From the NCBI GenBank assembly GCA_018399995.1, contig JAGYMU010000002.1:7795-71794 (forward strand): a DNA stretch of 64,000 bases, given 5' to 3'. The position numbers and the translations under genes are program-made. This stretch comes from Halanaerobiales bacterium. GTDB taxonomy: Bacteria > Bacillota > Halanaerobiia > Halanaerobiales > M55B127. Under the pieces are notes generated by a model. That model worked only from the letters and a program-made list of their open reading frames with translations, ran no database searches and was not told the DNA's origin. Shown piece after piece: positions 18,881 through 28,698 of the stretch (the first letter of the stretch is position 1; every line of letters starts with the position of its first letter).

Positions 18881-19096
18881 GCTGAGAAGGAACCAGTAAT
18901 TACTATTATATTAACATAGCTAGCCGGGATGGTGGAAGCCGGTATTAAATAATGGTAATGAAGATCATTCCTGAGCTGGTTGTCTGAATAAAGTAAGCCG
19001 ACTCGTAGTTACTGCGTTAAAACACACTAAGAAGAATAAATTAGGGTGGTACCGCGGTCTTTTCGCCCCTTATAAGGGTGGAACGGCCCTTTTTTA
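18881..19096 (+). promoter_or_regulatory. T-box riboswitch leader, isoleucine specifier (AUC)
   Basis: Stem I base with a GA/K-turn motif (GCUGAGAAGGAA pairing with UUCCUGAGC). Distal GGUGGAA loop. Specifier AUC-A at 18964-18967, immediately 5' of the closing helix. Canonical T-box AAAUUAGGGUGGUACCGCG at 19038-19056. Terminator helix ending in TTTTTT at 19090-19095. Confidence 0.9.
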
Positions 19097-19128
19097 TTGT
19101 AAATAAGTTTAGGAGGTTTATTAAAATT

Positions 19129-21915
19129 ATGAGCTATAAAGAGACTATTAATTTACCGGATACTGATTTTCCTATGAGAGCAAATTTGAGTGAAAGAGAG
19201 TTAAAGTTCCAAAAATTATGGGCAGATAAGGATGTATATAAAAGGGCTATAGAAAACAGAAAGGATAAAAAGCCTTTTATTTTACATGATGGACCACCAT
19301 ATGCGAATGGAGATATACATATTGGAACTGCTATGAATAAAGTATTGAAAGATATTATTACAAGATACAGTACTTTAAAAGGATACTACTCTCCTTATGT
19401 TCCTGGCTGGGATACACATGGATTGCCAATTGAACATAAGGTAACAAAAGAGATGGGTGATAAAGCAAAAGATCTATCTGTGTCTGAACTTAGAGAAGAA
19501 TGTCGAAAATATGCCTTGAAATATATCGACCGACAAAGAAAGCAATTTAAAAGATTAGGAGTCTGGGGTGAATGGGATAACCCTTATTTAACCTTAAATC
19601 CTAGATATGAGGTTAAGCAAATAGAAGTTTTTGGAGAAATGGCCAAAAAGGGTCTTTTTTATAAAGGCAAAAAACCGGTTCACTGGTGTCCTAGTTGTGA
19701 AACTGCCCTGGCAGAAGCTGAGGTTGAATATCACACTGATCGAGCCCCTTCAATATTTGTGAAATTTCCTTTTGCTGAAAAGGTTGAAGTTGGGGGAATA
19801 GAGTTACTTCCTGAAGATAGTTATATGGTGATCTGGACAACAACACCCTGGACAATACCTTCAAATTTAGCTATTACACTACACCCTGATTTCAATTATG
19901 TTATTGTCGAGGTTAAGGATGAAAAACTTATAATGGCAGAAAAATTAGTTGATCAGGTAATGGATAAGGTTGGTATTGAAGAATATAAAGTTATTGGCAA
20001 ACCTTTTAAAGGCCAAGAATTAGAAAATGTAAATACTAATCACCCTATAATGCCGAGGAAGTCACTCATAATATTAGGTGAACATGTTACACTGGAAGAA
20101 GGTACTGGTTGTGTTCATACTGCTCCCGGCCACGGTCATGATGATTTTATAGTAGGTCAAAAATACGGCCTTGAGGTATATGCACCAATGGATAGTAAGG
20201 GTTATTTTACTGAAGAAGCAGAAGATTTTGCTGGCCTTCACTATGATGAGGCTAATATAAAGGTTACTGATAAATTAAAAGCAAAAAATATGTTGTTGAA
20301 TTTAGACTTCATCGATCATCAGTATCCCCACTGTTGGAGATGTAAAGGCCCCTTGGTTTTTAGGGCTACAGATCAGTGGTTTGCATCGATTGAAGCCATA
20401 AAAGAAGATACTCTTAAGGCTATTCATAATGTTAAATGGTTTCCTGCCTGGGGAGAAAAAAGAATGGGGAATATGGTGTCTGAAAGGACAGATTGGTGTA
20501 TATCAAGACAAAAAAAATGGGGAGTTCCCATACCTATTTTTTATTGTGATGATTGTAAAAAATCGATTATAAATGATGACACATTAACAGCAATTAAAGA
20601 AATTTTTGCTGAAGAAGGATCCAGTGCATGGTATGAGAGAGATGCCAAAGATCTACTGCCAGAGGGATATAAATGTCCTGAATGTCAAAGCAGTAGTATT
20701 TCCAAGGAAGAAGATATTATGGATGTCTGGTTTGATTCAGGCTCCAGCCATAAGGCAGTATTAGAAGAAAGAGATAACCTTTTCTGGCCTGCTCAGGTTT
20801 ACCTAGAGGGAACTGATCAGTATAGAGGCTGGTTTAATTCATCACTTTTAACTGCAGTAGCTACAGAAGGAACAGCTCCCTATGAACAGGTTGTTACCCA
20901 TGGGTTTACTGTAGATAAAAAAGGCAACAAAATGTCAAAATCGCAAGGCAATGTGATGTATCCGCAGGAAATAATAAAGCAGTACGGGGCTGATATATTA
21001 AGATTATGGGTTGCTTCATCTAACTTTAAAGATGATGTTAAAGTTTCTGATAAAATACTTAAACAAAATTCAGAAGTTTACCGCAGAATAAGAAATACAT
21101 TTAGATTTATTTTGGGTAATACAAAGGATTTTAATAAAAGAGAAAACTTTATTAATTTCGAAGATAGAAAAGAAATTGACAAATGGATAAGTATTAAGTT
21201 AAAAGAATTATCACAGAGAGTAAATACAGCTTATAAAGATTATGAATACCATAAAGTTTACCATGCTGTACACAACTTTTGTACTGTTGAGATGAGTTCT
21301 CTATATATGGATATAATTAAAGACAGGTTATACACTGATGGAACAAATTCTTTAAGCCGCAGATCAGCTCAAAGCACTCTTTTTGATATATTAATTACTC
21401 TGATTAAGATCCTTGCACCCATCTTAGTTCATACCTCTGAAGAAGTATGGCAGCGGGCTAAAGAGAAAGCAGAACTTAAGGACAGTGTATTTTTAAGTGA
21501 CTGGCCTGAATTTAATAAAAAATATGAAGATAAAGAATTTATGGATAGATGGGACAGGTTATTAGATATAAGAAAAGATGTCTCTAAGGCTTTAGAGCTG
21601 GCCAGAGATAAAAAGATCATAGGTAATTCTCTGGAAGCTAAAGTGGAAATTAGTTCTGAAAATGATCAAATAAGAAAATTACTGGAGGAAGAATATAAAA
21701 ACCTACCTGATTTTTTCATTGTGTCTCAAATTGAATTAAAAAATAAATTAGAAGAGATTACCCATCAGGGTGAAAATACTGAAATCGAAGTATTTGTTGG
21801 AGAAGCGGAAGGTGAAAAATGTGATAGATGCTGGAAGTATAGTACTACAGTAGGAGAAGATGAACAATATGAAGATATCTGTGAAAGATGTGCAAATGTC
21901 TTAAAAAGTGAATAA
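19129..21915 (+). CDS. ileS: Isoleucine--tRNA ligase
   Basis: The track ORF starts at 19078 inside the T-box terminator. The real start is ATG 19129, after AGGAGG. HIGH motif (HIGTAMNK), KMSKS, and a C-terminal Zn-finger (CDRCW...CERC). Confidence 0.96.
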   Translation: MSYKETINLPDTDFPMRANLSERELKFQKLWADKDVYKRAIENRKDKKPFILHDGPPYANGDIHIGTAMNKVLKDIITRYSTLKGYYSPYVPGWDTHGLPIEHKVTKEMGDKAKDLSVSELREECRKYALKYIDRQRKQFKRLGVWGEWDNPYLTLNPRYEVKQIEVFGEMAKKGLFYKGKKPVHWCPSCETALAEAEVEYHTDRAPSIFVKFPFAEKVEVGGIELLPEDSYMVIWTTTPWTIPSNLAITLHPDFNYVIVEVKDEKLIMAEKLVDQVMDKVGIEEYKVIGKPFKGQELENVNTNHPIMPRKSLIILGEHVTLEEGTGCVHTAPGHGHDDFIVGQKYGLEVYAPMDSKGYFTEEAEDFAGLHYDEANIKVTDKLKAKNMLLNLDFIDHQYPHCWRCKGPLVFRATDQWFASIEAIKEDTLKAIHNVKWFPAWGEKRMGNMVSERTDWCISRQKKWGVPIPIFYCDDCKKSIINDDTLTAIKEIFAEEGSSAWYERDAKDLLPEGYKCPECQSSSISKEEDIMDVWFDSGSSHKAVLEERDNLFWPAQVYLEGTDQYRGWFNSSLLTAVATEGTAPYEQVVTHGFTVDKKGNKMSKSQGNVMYPQEIIKQYGADILRLWVASSNFKDDVKVSDKILKQNSEVYRRIRNTFRFILGNTKDFNKRENFINFEDRKEIDKWISIKLKELSQRVNTAYKDYEYHKVYHAVHNFCTVEMSSLYMDIIKDRLYTDGTNSLSRRSAQSTLFDILITLIKILAPILVHTSEEVWQRAKEKAELKDSVFLSDWPEFNKKYEDKEFMDRWDRLLDIRKDVSKALELARDKKIIGNSLEAKVEISSENDQIRKLLEEEYKNLPDFFIVSQIELKNKLEEITHQGENTEIEVFVGEAEGEKCDRCWKYSTTVGEDEQYEDICERCANVLKSE

Positions 21916-21918
21916 TTT

Positions 21919-21950
21919 AAAAAAGAGGGGTGTTCTTAACCCCTCTTTTA
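21919..21950. terminator. Bidirectional rho-independent terminator between ileS and the convergent MATE gene
   Basis: Stem AGAGGGG/CCCCTCT, flanked by an A-run on the 5' side and a T-run on the 3' side. Confidence 0.75.
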
Positions 21951-21974
21951 AATGCAATTAATAGAAAATATTTT

Positions 21975-23333
21975 TTAAACGAACATTTTAATCTTTGCCC
22001 ACTCCATTTCTTTAAATCTTTTCAATATAACAAGTGAGAAGATAAAAAATGATGTAATTTCAGCATACCATACTCCCACCACACCTTGGTTTAGCAATAT
22101 AGTGAATAGATAGGTAAGGGGCACAAAAACAAGCCATAAGCGCATAGCTGTAATAATCATTACTCCTTTTGTATCGCCAGATCCTCTCAGGGCCCCTCCC
22201 ATTATGATCATAAAAGCTAAGGGAGCCTGATTAATGCCAGCAATTTTCAAAGTTTTTAAAGAGGCATTAATTACAACTGTTTCAGTTGTAAATATCCTTA
22301 TAATGGGTTCTGTAAATATAAAGAATATAATCCCCATAAATATTCCCCATATTATACCTATAACAGCTGCAGTAAAACCGGTATGTAATGATTCCTGAGG
22401 ATCATCTTCTCCTAAGTGTTTACCTACCAATGTCGCTGTAGCAATAGAAACTCCTATTGCCGGCATAAATGAAATGGATTCTATATTAATCAAAATTCTA
22501 AATGCAGCTTCTGAAGTTGTAGCTAATAGTGATACAATAATACCATTTAAAAAGAAAGCTAACTGCATTGATAGTTGTTCAAGTCCAGCGGCATAACTAA
22601 AATTCCATAATCGTTTTAATATATCAAAAGAAAACTTCAAATTAACTATTTTAAGCTTTAATTTTTCTTTTACTTTAAAGACAACAATAATATAAGCAAG
22701 AGAAGCCAATAATCTGGAAATTGTTGTAGAAAGTGCTGCACCTGCAATACCCATATTGGGAAATATCCAGAAACCAGTCATCAGGACATAATTACCTATG
22801 ATATTCAAAATATTTGCTGTGCCTGTGATATACATAGGAGTTTTAGTATCACCTGAACCCCTAAAGCTGGCAGCCATGGCAAAAGAGATGAACATAAAAA
22901 GTTGGCTGAATGAAACAATTCTTAAATAAGTCAATCCCAATGATTGTACCTGATTAGTTATATCATAAACATTTAAGATATTGTTGGCAAAAGTAAATGT
23001 GAATATGAATACAACAATACCTATAGAGGTATTCAATACTAAGTTTTGTCCCATAATAATATTTAATTTTTTATAATCTTTTTTACCATAACTCCTGGCT
23101 ATCATTGCGGTAGCTCCTGCATTAAAAGATGAAAAGATGTAGATTAATGCAAAAAATATTTGATTGGCAAATCCTACAGCTGCTAACCCTTCTTTTCCTA
23201 TTATTCTACTGATCATTAATGTATCAGCTACACCCAAGAGTGTGTTGAGACTCATTTCCAAAACAGCAGGTAAGGCAAGGACTAAAATCTTAATTATTCT
23301 TTTTTTCGAATTATTTGTGAGAATAGATTCCAT
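21975..23333 (-). CDS. MATE-family multidrug/sodium-coupled efflux transporter
   Basis: 452-aa ORF with about 12 TM segments. N-terminal pattern LALPAVLEMSLNTLLGVADTLMISR is typical of MATE/NorM proteins. RBS AAGGTGA. Confidence 0.85.
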   Translation of the reverse strand: MESILTNNSKKRIIKILVLALPAVLEMSLNTLLGVADTLMISRIIGKEGLAAVGFANQIFFALIYIFSSFNAGATAMIARSYGKKDYKKLNIIMGQNLVLNTSIGIVVFIFTFTFANNILNVYDITNQVQSLGLTYLRIVSFSQLFMFISFAMAASFRGSGDTKTPMYITGTANILNIIGNYVLMTGFWIFPNMGIAGAALSTTISRLLASLAYIIVVFKVKEKLKLKIVNLKFSFDILKRLWNFSYAAGLEQLSMQLAFFLNGIIVSLLATTSEAAFRILINIESISFMPAIGVSIATATLVGKHLGEDDPQESLHTGFTAAVIGIIWGIFMGIIFFIFTEPIIRIFTTETVVINASLKTLKIAGINQAPLAFMIIMGGALRGSGDTKGVMIITAMRLWLVFVPLTYLFTILLNQGVVGVWYAEITSFFIFSLVILKRFKEMEWAKIKMFV

Positions 23334-23461
23334 ATTTTTTTCACCTTAAATATTATAAAATTATTAATTCATATTTTAACCATAGTTATCATAACACAAT
23401 TCAGAATGAAGATAAAGAACTTTATATTAATAATAGGTAAAATTTTATAAAATTTATCAAG

Positions 23462-23490
23462 TTGTTTATCAAAGGTGTTTATGATAAAAT
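23462..23490 (+). promoter_or_regulatory. Sigma-A-like promoter upstream of rluD (TTGTTT, 17-nt spacer, TAAAAT)
   Basis: -35 TTGTTT at 23462-23467, 17-nt spacer, -10 TAAAAT at 23485-23490. The background is AT-rich, so confidence is moderate. Confidence 0.4.
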
Positions 23491-23524
23491 GAAAAAAATA
23501 TGAGGATGTGGATAGGTGTTTTAA

Positions 23525-24442
23525 ATGGATAGTTTTAAAATAAATGTTGATAAAAATTATGAAAATCTTAGATTAGATAAATTTATTTCAGAAATTAAAA
23601 GTAATTTAAGTAGAAATCAAATTCAAAAGATGATCGATAATGGTCAGATTAAAGTAAATAATAAAAAAGAGAAAAAAAGCTATAAGGTTAGTTATAAAGA
23701 TCAGATAGTGATATATAGAAAAGAAGACAGGCTACTTGATTTAGCAAAAAAAGAAATGGATTTAGATATAATTTTTGAAGATGAAGAGGTCATCGTAATT
23801 AATAAGCCAGCCGGATTAATAGTTCACCCTGTAAAGGGTAATAAAAAAGATACCTTGGTAAATGCCCTTCTGGCTCATTCTGAAAAACTGGGCAGCATTA
23901 ATGGCACTATCAGGCCAGGCATAGTGCATAGGTTAGATAAAAACACCAGTGGGACAATTGTGGTTGCCAAATCACAAAAAAGTTTAAATAATTTAATAAA
24001 ACAATTTAAAAAAAGACAGGTCAAAAAAGTATATAGAACCATTTTAAAGGGAACTTTACCTTATAATAGTGGGACCATTGATGCTCCCATTGGACGGGAT
24101 CCCAAAAATCGAACCAGGATGGCTGTAGTCAAAAAAAATAGTAAAAAAGCGATTACAGAATTTAAGGTAATTAAAAGATTTTCTAACTATAGTTATCTTA
24201 AGGTGGTATTAAAAACCGGTCGTACTCATCAAATAAGGGTTCATTTTGCTTATATAGGTTTTCCCATTCTTGGTGATAATAAGTATGGTGGTCAAGCAGA
24301 AATATTAAATTTAGATCATTTACTATTACATGCTTATCAATTAGGTTTTTACCATCCCTTAAAGGATAATTGGGTTGAATTTGAAGCAGAATTGCCAGAA
24401 GAATTCAAAAAAACACTTGCCAAAATTAGAAATAAAAAATAA
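23525..24442 (+). CDS. rluD: RluA-family 23S rRNA pseudouridine synthase (RluD-like)
   Basis: 305-aa ORF. N-terminal S4-like domain. Catalytic HRLDKNTSG motif and TGRTHQIRVH. Confidence 0.9.
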   Translation: MDSFKINVDKNYENLRLDKFISEIKSNLSRNQIQKMIDNGQIKVNNKKEKKSYKVSYKDQIVIYRKEDRLLDLAKKEMDLDIIFEDEEVIVINKPAGLIVHPVKGNKKDTLVNALLAHSEKLGSINGTIRPGIVHRLDKNTSGTIVVAKSQKSLNNLIKQFKKRQVKKVYRTILKGTLPYNSGTIDAPIGRDPKNRTRMAVVKKNSKKAITEFKVIKRFSNYSYLKVVLKTGRTHQIRVHFAYIGFPILGDNKYGGQAEILNLDHLLLHAYQLGFYHPLKDNWVEFEAELPEEFKKTLAKIRNKK

Positions 24443-24456
24443 TTTAAAATATTACA

Positions 24457-24474
24457 ATAGGACATTTGTCCTAT
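24457..24474. repeat. Perfect 8-bp inverted repeat ATAGGACA-tt-TGTCCTAT (18 nt)
   Basis: Read directly from the sequence. Lies 15 nt after the rluD stop and about 170 nt upstream of the flavodiiron gene. No T-run follows. Confidence 0.6.
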
Positions 24475-24641
24475 AAAATATGTTTTAGCTCTTAGGCTTT
24501 GATTTTACTTTGATAATGAGATTATAATTATATTGAAGTTGATTGATATTATTATTATAATCATATAATTAAAGTATTCATAAAATAAATTGATTGATTG
24601 AGTAGAAAAATATTTAGATATTTTTAAAAAGGAGGGCAAAA

Positions 24642-25826
24642 ATGAGTTATTTTAATCGATTGAGTGATAATGTGTATTGGGTTGGTGTAAATGATAGAGA
24701 AACTGAACTTTTTGAAAACTTATGGCCTTTGCCCAAAGGTGTTTCTTACAATTCATATTTGATTGTTGATGAAAAGGTGGTATTAGTTGATACCGTTAAA
24801 GCTGATTATCAAGAGCCATACTTAGAAAAGATCATGAAGCTAACAGAAGGTAGAACAATTGATTATTTAATAATTAATCACATGGAACCTGATCATTCCG
24901 GGGCGATAAAGGAGTTGATTAGATTATTTCCTGATATGGAGATAGTTGGAAACAAAAAAACTACTGGTTTTCTCAAAGGCTTTTACGATATCGAAAATAA
25001 TATTAAGGAAATTAATGATAAGGAGACCTTAAGCATTGGTGAAAAAACCCTTAAATTTTTTATAACACCAATGGTTCATTGGCCTGAGACAATGATGACT
25101 TATATTAAAGAAGACAGTATTTTGTTTTCGGGGGATGTTTTTGGAACCTTTGGAGCATTTAATGGGAGTATTTTTGATGATGAAATTGATTTAGAATTTT
25201 ATGAGGACGAAATTATGCGTTATTATTCCAATATCGTGGGTAAATATTCTCCTATTGCGGCTAAGCATATTTCTTCTTTAGGAGAACTAGATATTAAAAT
25301 GATTGCTTCAACCCATGGCCCTATATGGAGGGATAAACCAGAATATATACTTGACAAGTATCTTAAAATGAGTAAATATGAAGCAAAAAAAGGTGCTGTG
25401 GTTGTTTATGGAACTATGTATGGAAATACCAAGAGACTTGCAGAAGAAGCCGCTGCAGGCTTAAGTGAAGCAGGTATAGAGGAAGTAAAAACCTATGATG
25501 TTTCCAAGACTGATAAGTCATTTTTGATTAGTGATATCTGGAAATATAAAGGGATAATAATGGCAAGTTGCAGTTATAATAATGAGCTTTTTCCACCGAT
25601 GTTGGCTTTGATTGAAGCACTAGAAAACCGGGGTATAAAAAATAGATTATTCGGTTTTATTGGTACTTATAGCTGGAGTGGTGGTTCGTTAAAAAGGATG
25701 AACCAATTCGAAAAAAATTGCAATATAAATGTTATAGAACCAAAAATTAAAAATCAATATGGACCTACAGAAAATAATTTAAAAAAAGCTTATCAGTTAG
25801 GTAAAAATACAGGTGATAAAATATAA
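24642..25826 (+). CDS. Flavodiiron protein (FprA-type; metallo-beta-lactamase plus flavodoxin domains), O2/NO reductase
   Basis: 394-aa ORF. RBS AAAGGAGGG. Di-iron ligand motif NHMEPDHSG. C-terminal flavodoxin-like VVYGTMYGNT. Confidence 0.88.
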   Translation: MSYFNRLSDNVYWVGVNDRETELFENLWPLPKGVSYNSYLIVDEKVVLVDTVKADYQEPYLEKIMKLTEGRTIDYLIINHMEPDHSGAIKELIRLFPDMEIVGNKKTTGFLKGFYDIENNIKEINDKETLSIGEKTLKFFITPMVHWPETMMTYIKEDSILFSGDVFGTFGAFNGSIFDDEIDLEFYEDEIMRYYSNIVGKYSPIAAKHISSLGELDIKMIASTHGPIWRDKPEYILDKYLKMSKYEAKKGAVVVYGTMYGNTKRLAEEAAAGLSEAGIEEVKTYDVSKTDKSFLISDIWKYKGIIMASCSYNNELFPPMLALIEALENRGIKNRLFGFIGTYSWSGGSLKRMNQFEKNCNINVIEPKIKNQYGPTENNLKKAYQLGKNTGDKI

Positions 25827-25848
25827 AAAAAAGGAGGTATTAAAAATT

Positions 25849-26418
25849 ATGAATGTTAAGGAAGCTATTAAAAAAAGAAGATCTTACAGATCTTTAGCCC
25901 CTGTAGATATAGATGATGATCTAATAAATGATCTAAGTGAATCTGCTTTACTGGCCCCATCCTGTTTTAATAATCAACCCTGGAATTATGTTTTTGTTTA
26001 TGATGATGAAAAATTAAAACAGGTTTTTGATACCTTATCTAAAGGTAATGAATGGGCATATAATGCATCAATGGTTATCGGAGTTACTGGAAAAAAAGAG
26101 GATGATTGTAATATAAAGGATCGAGAGTACTATCTTTTTGATATTGGACTGGCAACATCGATGATTATGCTGAGGGCAACTGAATTAGGTCTGGTAGTTC
26201 ACCCAATTGCTGGATATAGTCAAAGCAAGGCAAAAAAAGTAATGAAAATTCCTGAAGCACACAAACTAATTGCTTTATTAATAGTGGGAAAACATGATCA
26301 AGATTATAAAGATATACTTTCAGAAAAACAGTTAAAAGATGAAAAAACGAGACCTCCAAGAAAAGCAATTGAAGAATTTTCTTTTCATAATCAATTTAAA
26401 AATAATAAAAATAGATGA
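25849..26418 (+). CDS. Nitroreductase-family protein
   Basis: The track ORF starts at 25813. I use ATG 25849, 10 nt after AAGGAGG. N-terminal IKKRRSYRSL and APSCFNNQPW patterns are typical of NAD(P)H nitroreductases. Confidence 0.82.
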   Translation: MNVKEAIKKRRSYRSLAPVDIDDDLINDLSESALLAPSCFNNQPWNYVFVYDDEKLKQVFDTLSKGNEWAYNASMVIGVTGKKEDDCNIKDREYYLFDIGLATSMIMLRATELGLVVHPIAGYSQSKAKKVMKIPEAHKLIALLIVGKHDQDYKDILSEKQLKDEKTRPPRKAIEEFSFHNQFKNNKNR

Positions 26419-26534
26419 ATAAATATAATTAATTGTAAACTATAGGCAGGATTTATACTACAAAACATAGAATTATAAAAAAGTATGAAATAAAGATATT
26501 AATTATTAGAATTCAGGAAGGTTGGTGTAAAAAT

Positions 26535-28598
26535 TTGAGTAACTATAAGACAAAAGACATCAAAAATTTTTCATTTATTTCCCACGGAGGTGCGGGGAAA
26601 ACCACATTAACAGAGGATGTATTATTTAATGCAGGTAAGATCAAAGATATAGGATTGGTGGATGAAGGAAACTCCAAATCAGACTTTATACCAGAAGAGA
26701 AAGACCATAAATATTCTATTAATAGCTCATATTTTGCTTTTGGCTGGAAGGGGAAGCAATTCAATTTAATAGATACTCCTGGTTATGCTGATTTTAGAAG
26801 TGAAGTTGCCAGCGCGACAAGAATGGTTGAGTCTTCCGTATTATTAATAAATGCAGATTCTGGAGTGGAAGTTAATACTAACTATGTATGGGACATAGCA
26901 GTTGAAAATAATAATTCGAGATTTATATTCATTAATAAATTTGATCTAAAAGACAGTAACTTTAAAGATTTATTCGCTGAATTGAATGATAATTTTGAAG
27001 ATTCTCTATTACCAATTACGATCCCATATAAAGAGGGAGATAGATATAGAGGTGTAATTGATTTATTATCTGAAAAATTTATTGAACTCAATGATAGTGA
27101 AGAGAAGAAATTAGATTTAAATGATGAGCAAAGAGAAATATTAGAACAATATAAATTGGAATTGGTTGAATCGATTATAGAATTAGATGAAGAACTGATG
27201 ATGAAATATTTAGAAGATGAGGAAATTACAGATCAGGAAATGAATAATGCCCTTTTAAAAGGCGTTCTCAACGAAGATATAGTACCCGTTTTTTCTGGTT
27301 CTGCTCTAAATAATTCTGGAGTTAATACATTTATGGAGTATATGATAAAACTTGCTCCTTCTGCTGCAGATAGAGAAGAATTAAATGTTAAAACAGAAGA
27401 TGATGAAAAAGTATATTCAACAGATCAAGAAGGCCCATTTATCGGTATGGTGGGCAAAACAATGGTTGACCCTTATATTGGTAAATTATCTATTTTCAGA
27501 GTATTTTCAGGTAGTATTGATAAGGGAGAAGATCTTTATCTACCCAGATTAAATGAAAGTTTACGAGTTAGTAAACTCTATAAATTAGATGGTTCAGAAC
27601 AAGAACAGGTAGAAAAACTCATTGCGGGAGATATAGGGGCAGTAGCCAAGTTGGATGAAATAGAGACTTCTGATACCATTACAAAAGATGATTTAGATGT
27701 AAAAATTGCTCCTATCGACTTTCCGGTACCGATGTTGACTAAAGCAGCTGTTCCAGCTGATGATGCAGACAACGAAAAGATGTCTTCAGCTATTCAGAGA
27801 TATTCTTTGGAAGATCCGACCTTTAAAGTAGATTATAATAAAGTTACCAAACAGCTCTTAGTTACAGGTATGGGGACTGTTCATTTATCTGTAGTAAATG
27901 ATATTTGTAAAAGAAAATTTGATGTTGGGTTTAATTTGGTTGAACCCAAAGTTGAATATAAAGAAACCATCAGGAGAAAAGTATCTGTAGAAGAGAAGTA
28001 TAAAAAGCAGTCTGGTGGTAGAGGACAATATGGACATGTAATGATCAGGTTTGAACCTTTACCAAGAGGCAAGGATTTTATATTTGAAGAAGAAATATTT
28101 GGGGGAGCAATTCCCAGCCAGTATATCCCAGCTGTGGAAAAGGGTATAGTAGAGGCTAAGGATGAAGGTATTTTAGCCAAATACCCAGTAGTAGATTTCA
28201 AAGCAACTGTTTACGATGGTTCATACCATGATGTTGATTCTTCTGAAATGGCTTTCAAGATTGCTGCTTCAAAAGCCTTTAAAAAGGCCATGCAGCAGGC
28301 TAAGCCGGTATTACTTGAGCCGGTTATGGATGTAACGGTTGTAGTACCTGAAAGATTTATGGGAGATATAATGGGGGATCTTAATTCCAGGAGGGGTAAA
28401 ATTTCTGGAATGGAACCTCAGGATGGTACCCAAAAGATCAAAGCAAAAGTTCCAAAGAGTGAATTATTTAATTATGCAACAGATTTAAAATCGATTACCG
28501 GTGGATATGGTTATTTCACCACTGAATTTTCTAAATATGAAAAAGCACCTGAAGAAATAAGCCAAAAAATTATAGAAGAAAGCAAACAAGAAGATTAA
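26535..28598 (+). CDS. Elongation factor G paralog (EF-G-2 / EFG-II-like translational GTPase)
   Basis: 687-aa ORF with a TTG start. G1 SHGGAGKTT, G3 DTPGYADF (Tyr where EF-G has His), G4 NKFD. Domain IV/V-like KKQSGGRGQYGHV and YHDVDSSEMAF. Not in an rpsL-rpsG-fusA-tuf context. Confidence 0.85.
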   Translation: MSNYKTKDIKNFSFISHGGAGKTTLTEDVLFNAGKIKDIGLVDEGNSKSDFIPEEKDHKYSINSSYFAFGWKGKQFNLIDTPGYADFRSEVASATRMVESSVLLINADSGVEVNTNYVWDIAVENNNSRFIFINKFDLKDSNFKDLFAELNDNFEDSLLPITIPYKEGDRYRGVIDLLSEKFIELNDSEEKKLDLNDEQREILEQYKLELVESIIELDEELMMKYLEDEEITDQEMNNALLKGVLNEDIVPVFSGSALNNSGVNTFMEYMIKLAPSAADREELNVKTEDDEKVYSTDQEGPFIGMVGKTMVDPYIGKLSIFRVFSGSIDKGEDLYLPRLNESLRVSKLYKLDGSEQEQVEKLIAGDIGAVAKLDEIETSDTITKDDLDVKIAPIDFPVPMLTKAAVPADDADNEKMSSAIQRYSLEDPTFKVDYNKVTKQLLVTGMGTVHLSVVNDICKRKFDVGFNLVEPKVEYKETIRRKVSVEEKYKKQSGGRGQYGHVMIRFEPLPRGKDFIFEEEIFGGAIPSQYIPAVEKGIVEAKDEGILAKYPVVDFKATVYDGSYHDVDSSEMAFKIAASKAFKKAMQQAKPVLLEPVMDVTVVVPERFMGDIMGDLNSRRGKISGMEPQDGTQKIKAKVPKSELFNYATDLKSITGGYGYFTTEFSKYEKAPEEISQKIIEESKQED

Positions 28599-28643
28599 GA
28601 ATTACTGACTAGTTAGCAAAAATAACATTCATTGTTTATTATG

Positions 28644-28683
28644 AAAAAGCCCTCACTTGAAAAAAACAGAGTGAGGGTTTTAT
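28644..28683. terminator. Bidirectional rho-independent terminator between the EF-G paralog and the patatin gene
   Basis: Stem CCCTCACT (28650-28657) / AGTGAGGG (28670-28677), with an A-run 5' and TTT 3'. Confidence 0.7.
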
Positions 28684-28698
28684 TAATTATAGATGGTT

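Noticed and set aside
19078-19128. N-terminal 17-codon extension of ileS in the ORF track.
   Set aside because: The extension overlaps the T-box terminator and its T-run. The AGGAGG RBS serves ATG 19129, which gives the canonical [10 protein letters not shown] start.
23440-23455. Perfect 16-bp palindrome AAATTTTATAAAATTT upstream of the rluD promoter.
   Set aside because: Pure A/T low-complexity sequence. The probability of a chance palindrome is high, and no known operator consensus is recognised.
23507-23515. Single DnaA-box-like TGTGGATAG overlapping the rluD RBS region.
   Set aside because: It is an isolated 8/9 match. Single near-consensus boxes occur frequently by chance, unlike the clustered boxes at 7555-7640.
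24530-24600. Possible PerR/Fur-like boxes (TTATAAT-n-ATTATAA type) upstream of the flavodiiron gene.
   Set aside because: The best candidates (TTATAATCATATAAT and ATTATAATTATAT) fail the palindrome in several positions. The region is nearly pure A/T, so partial matches are uninformative.
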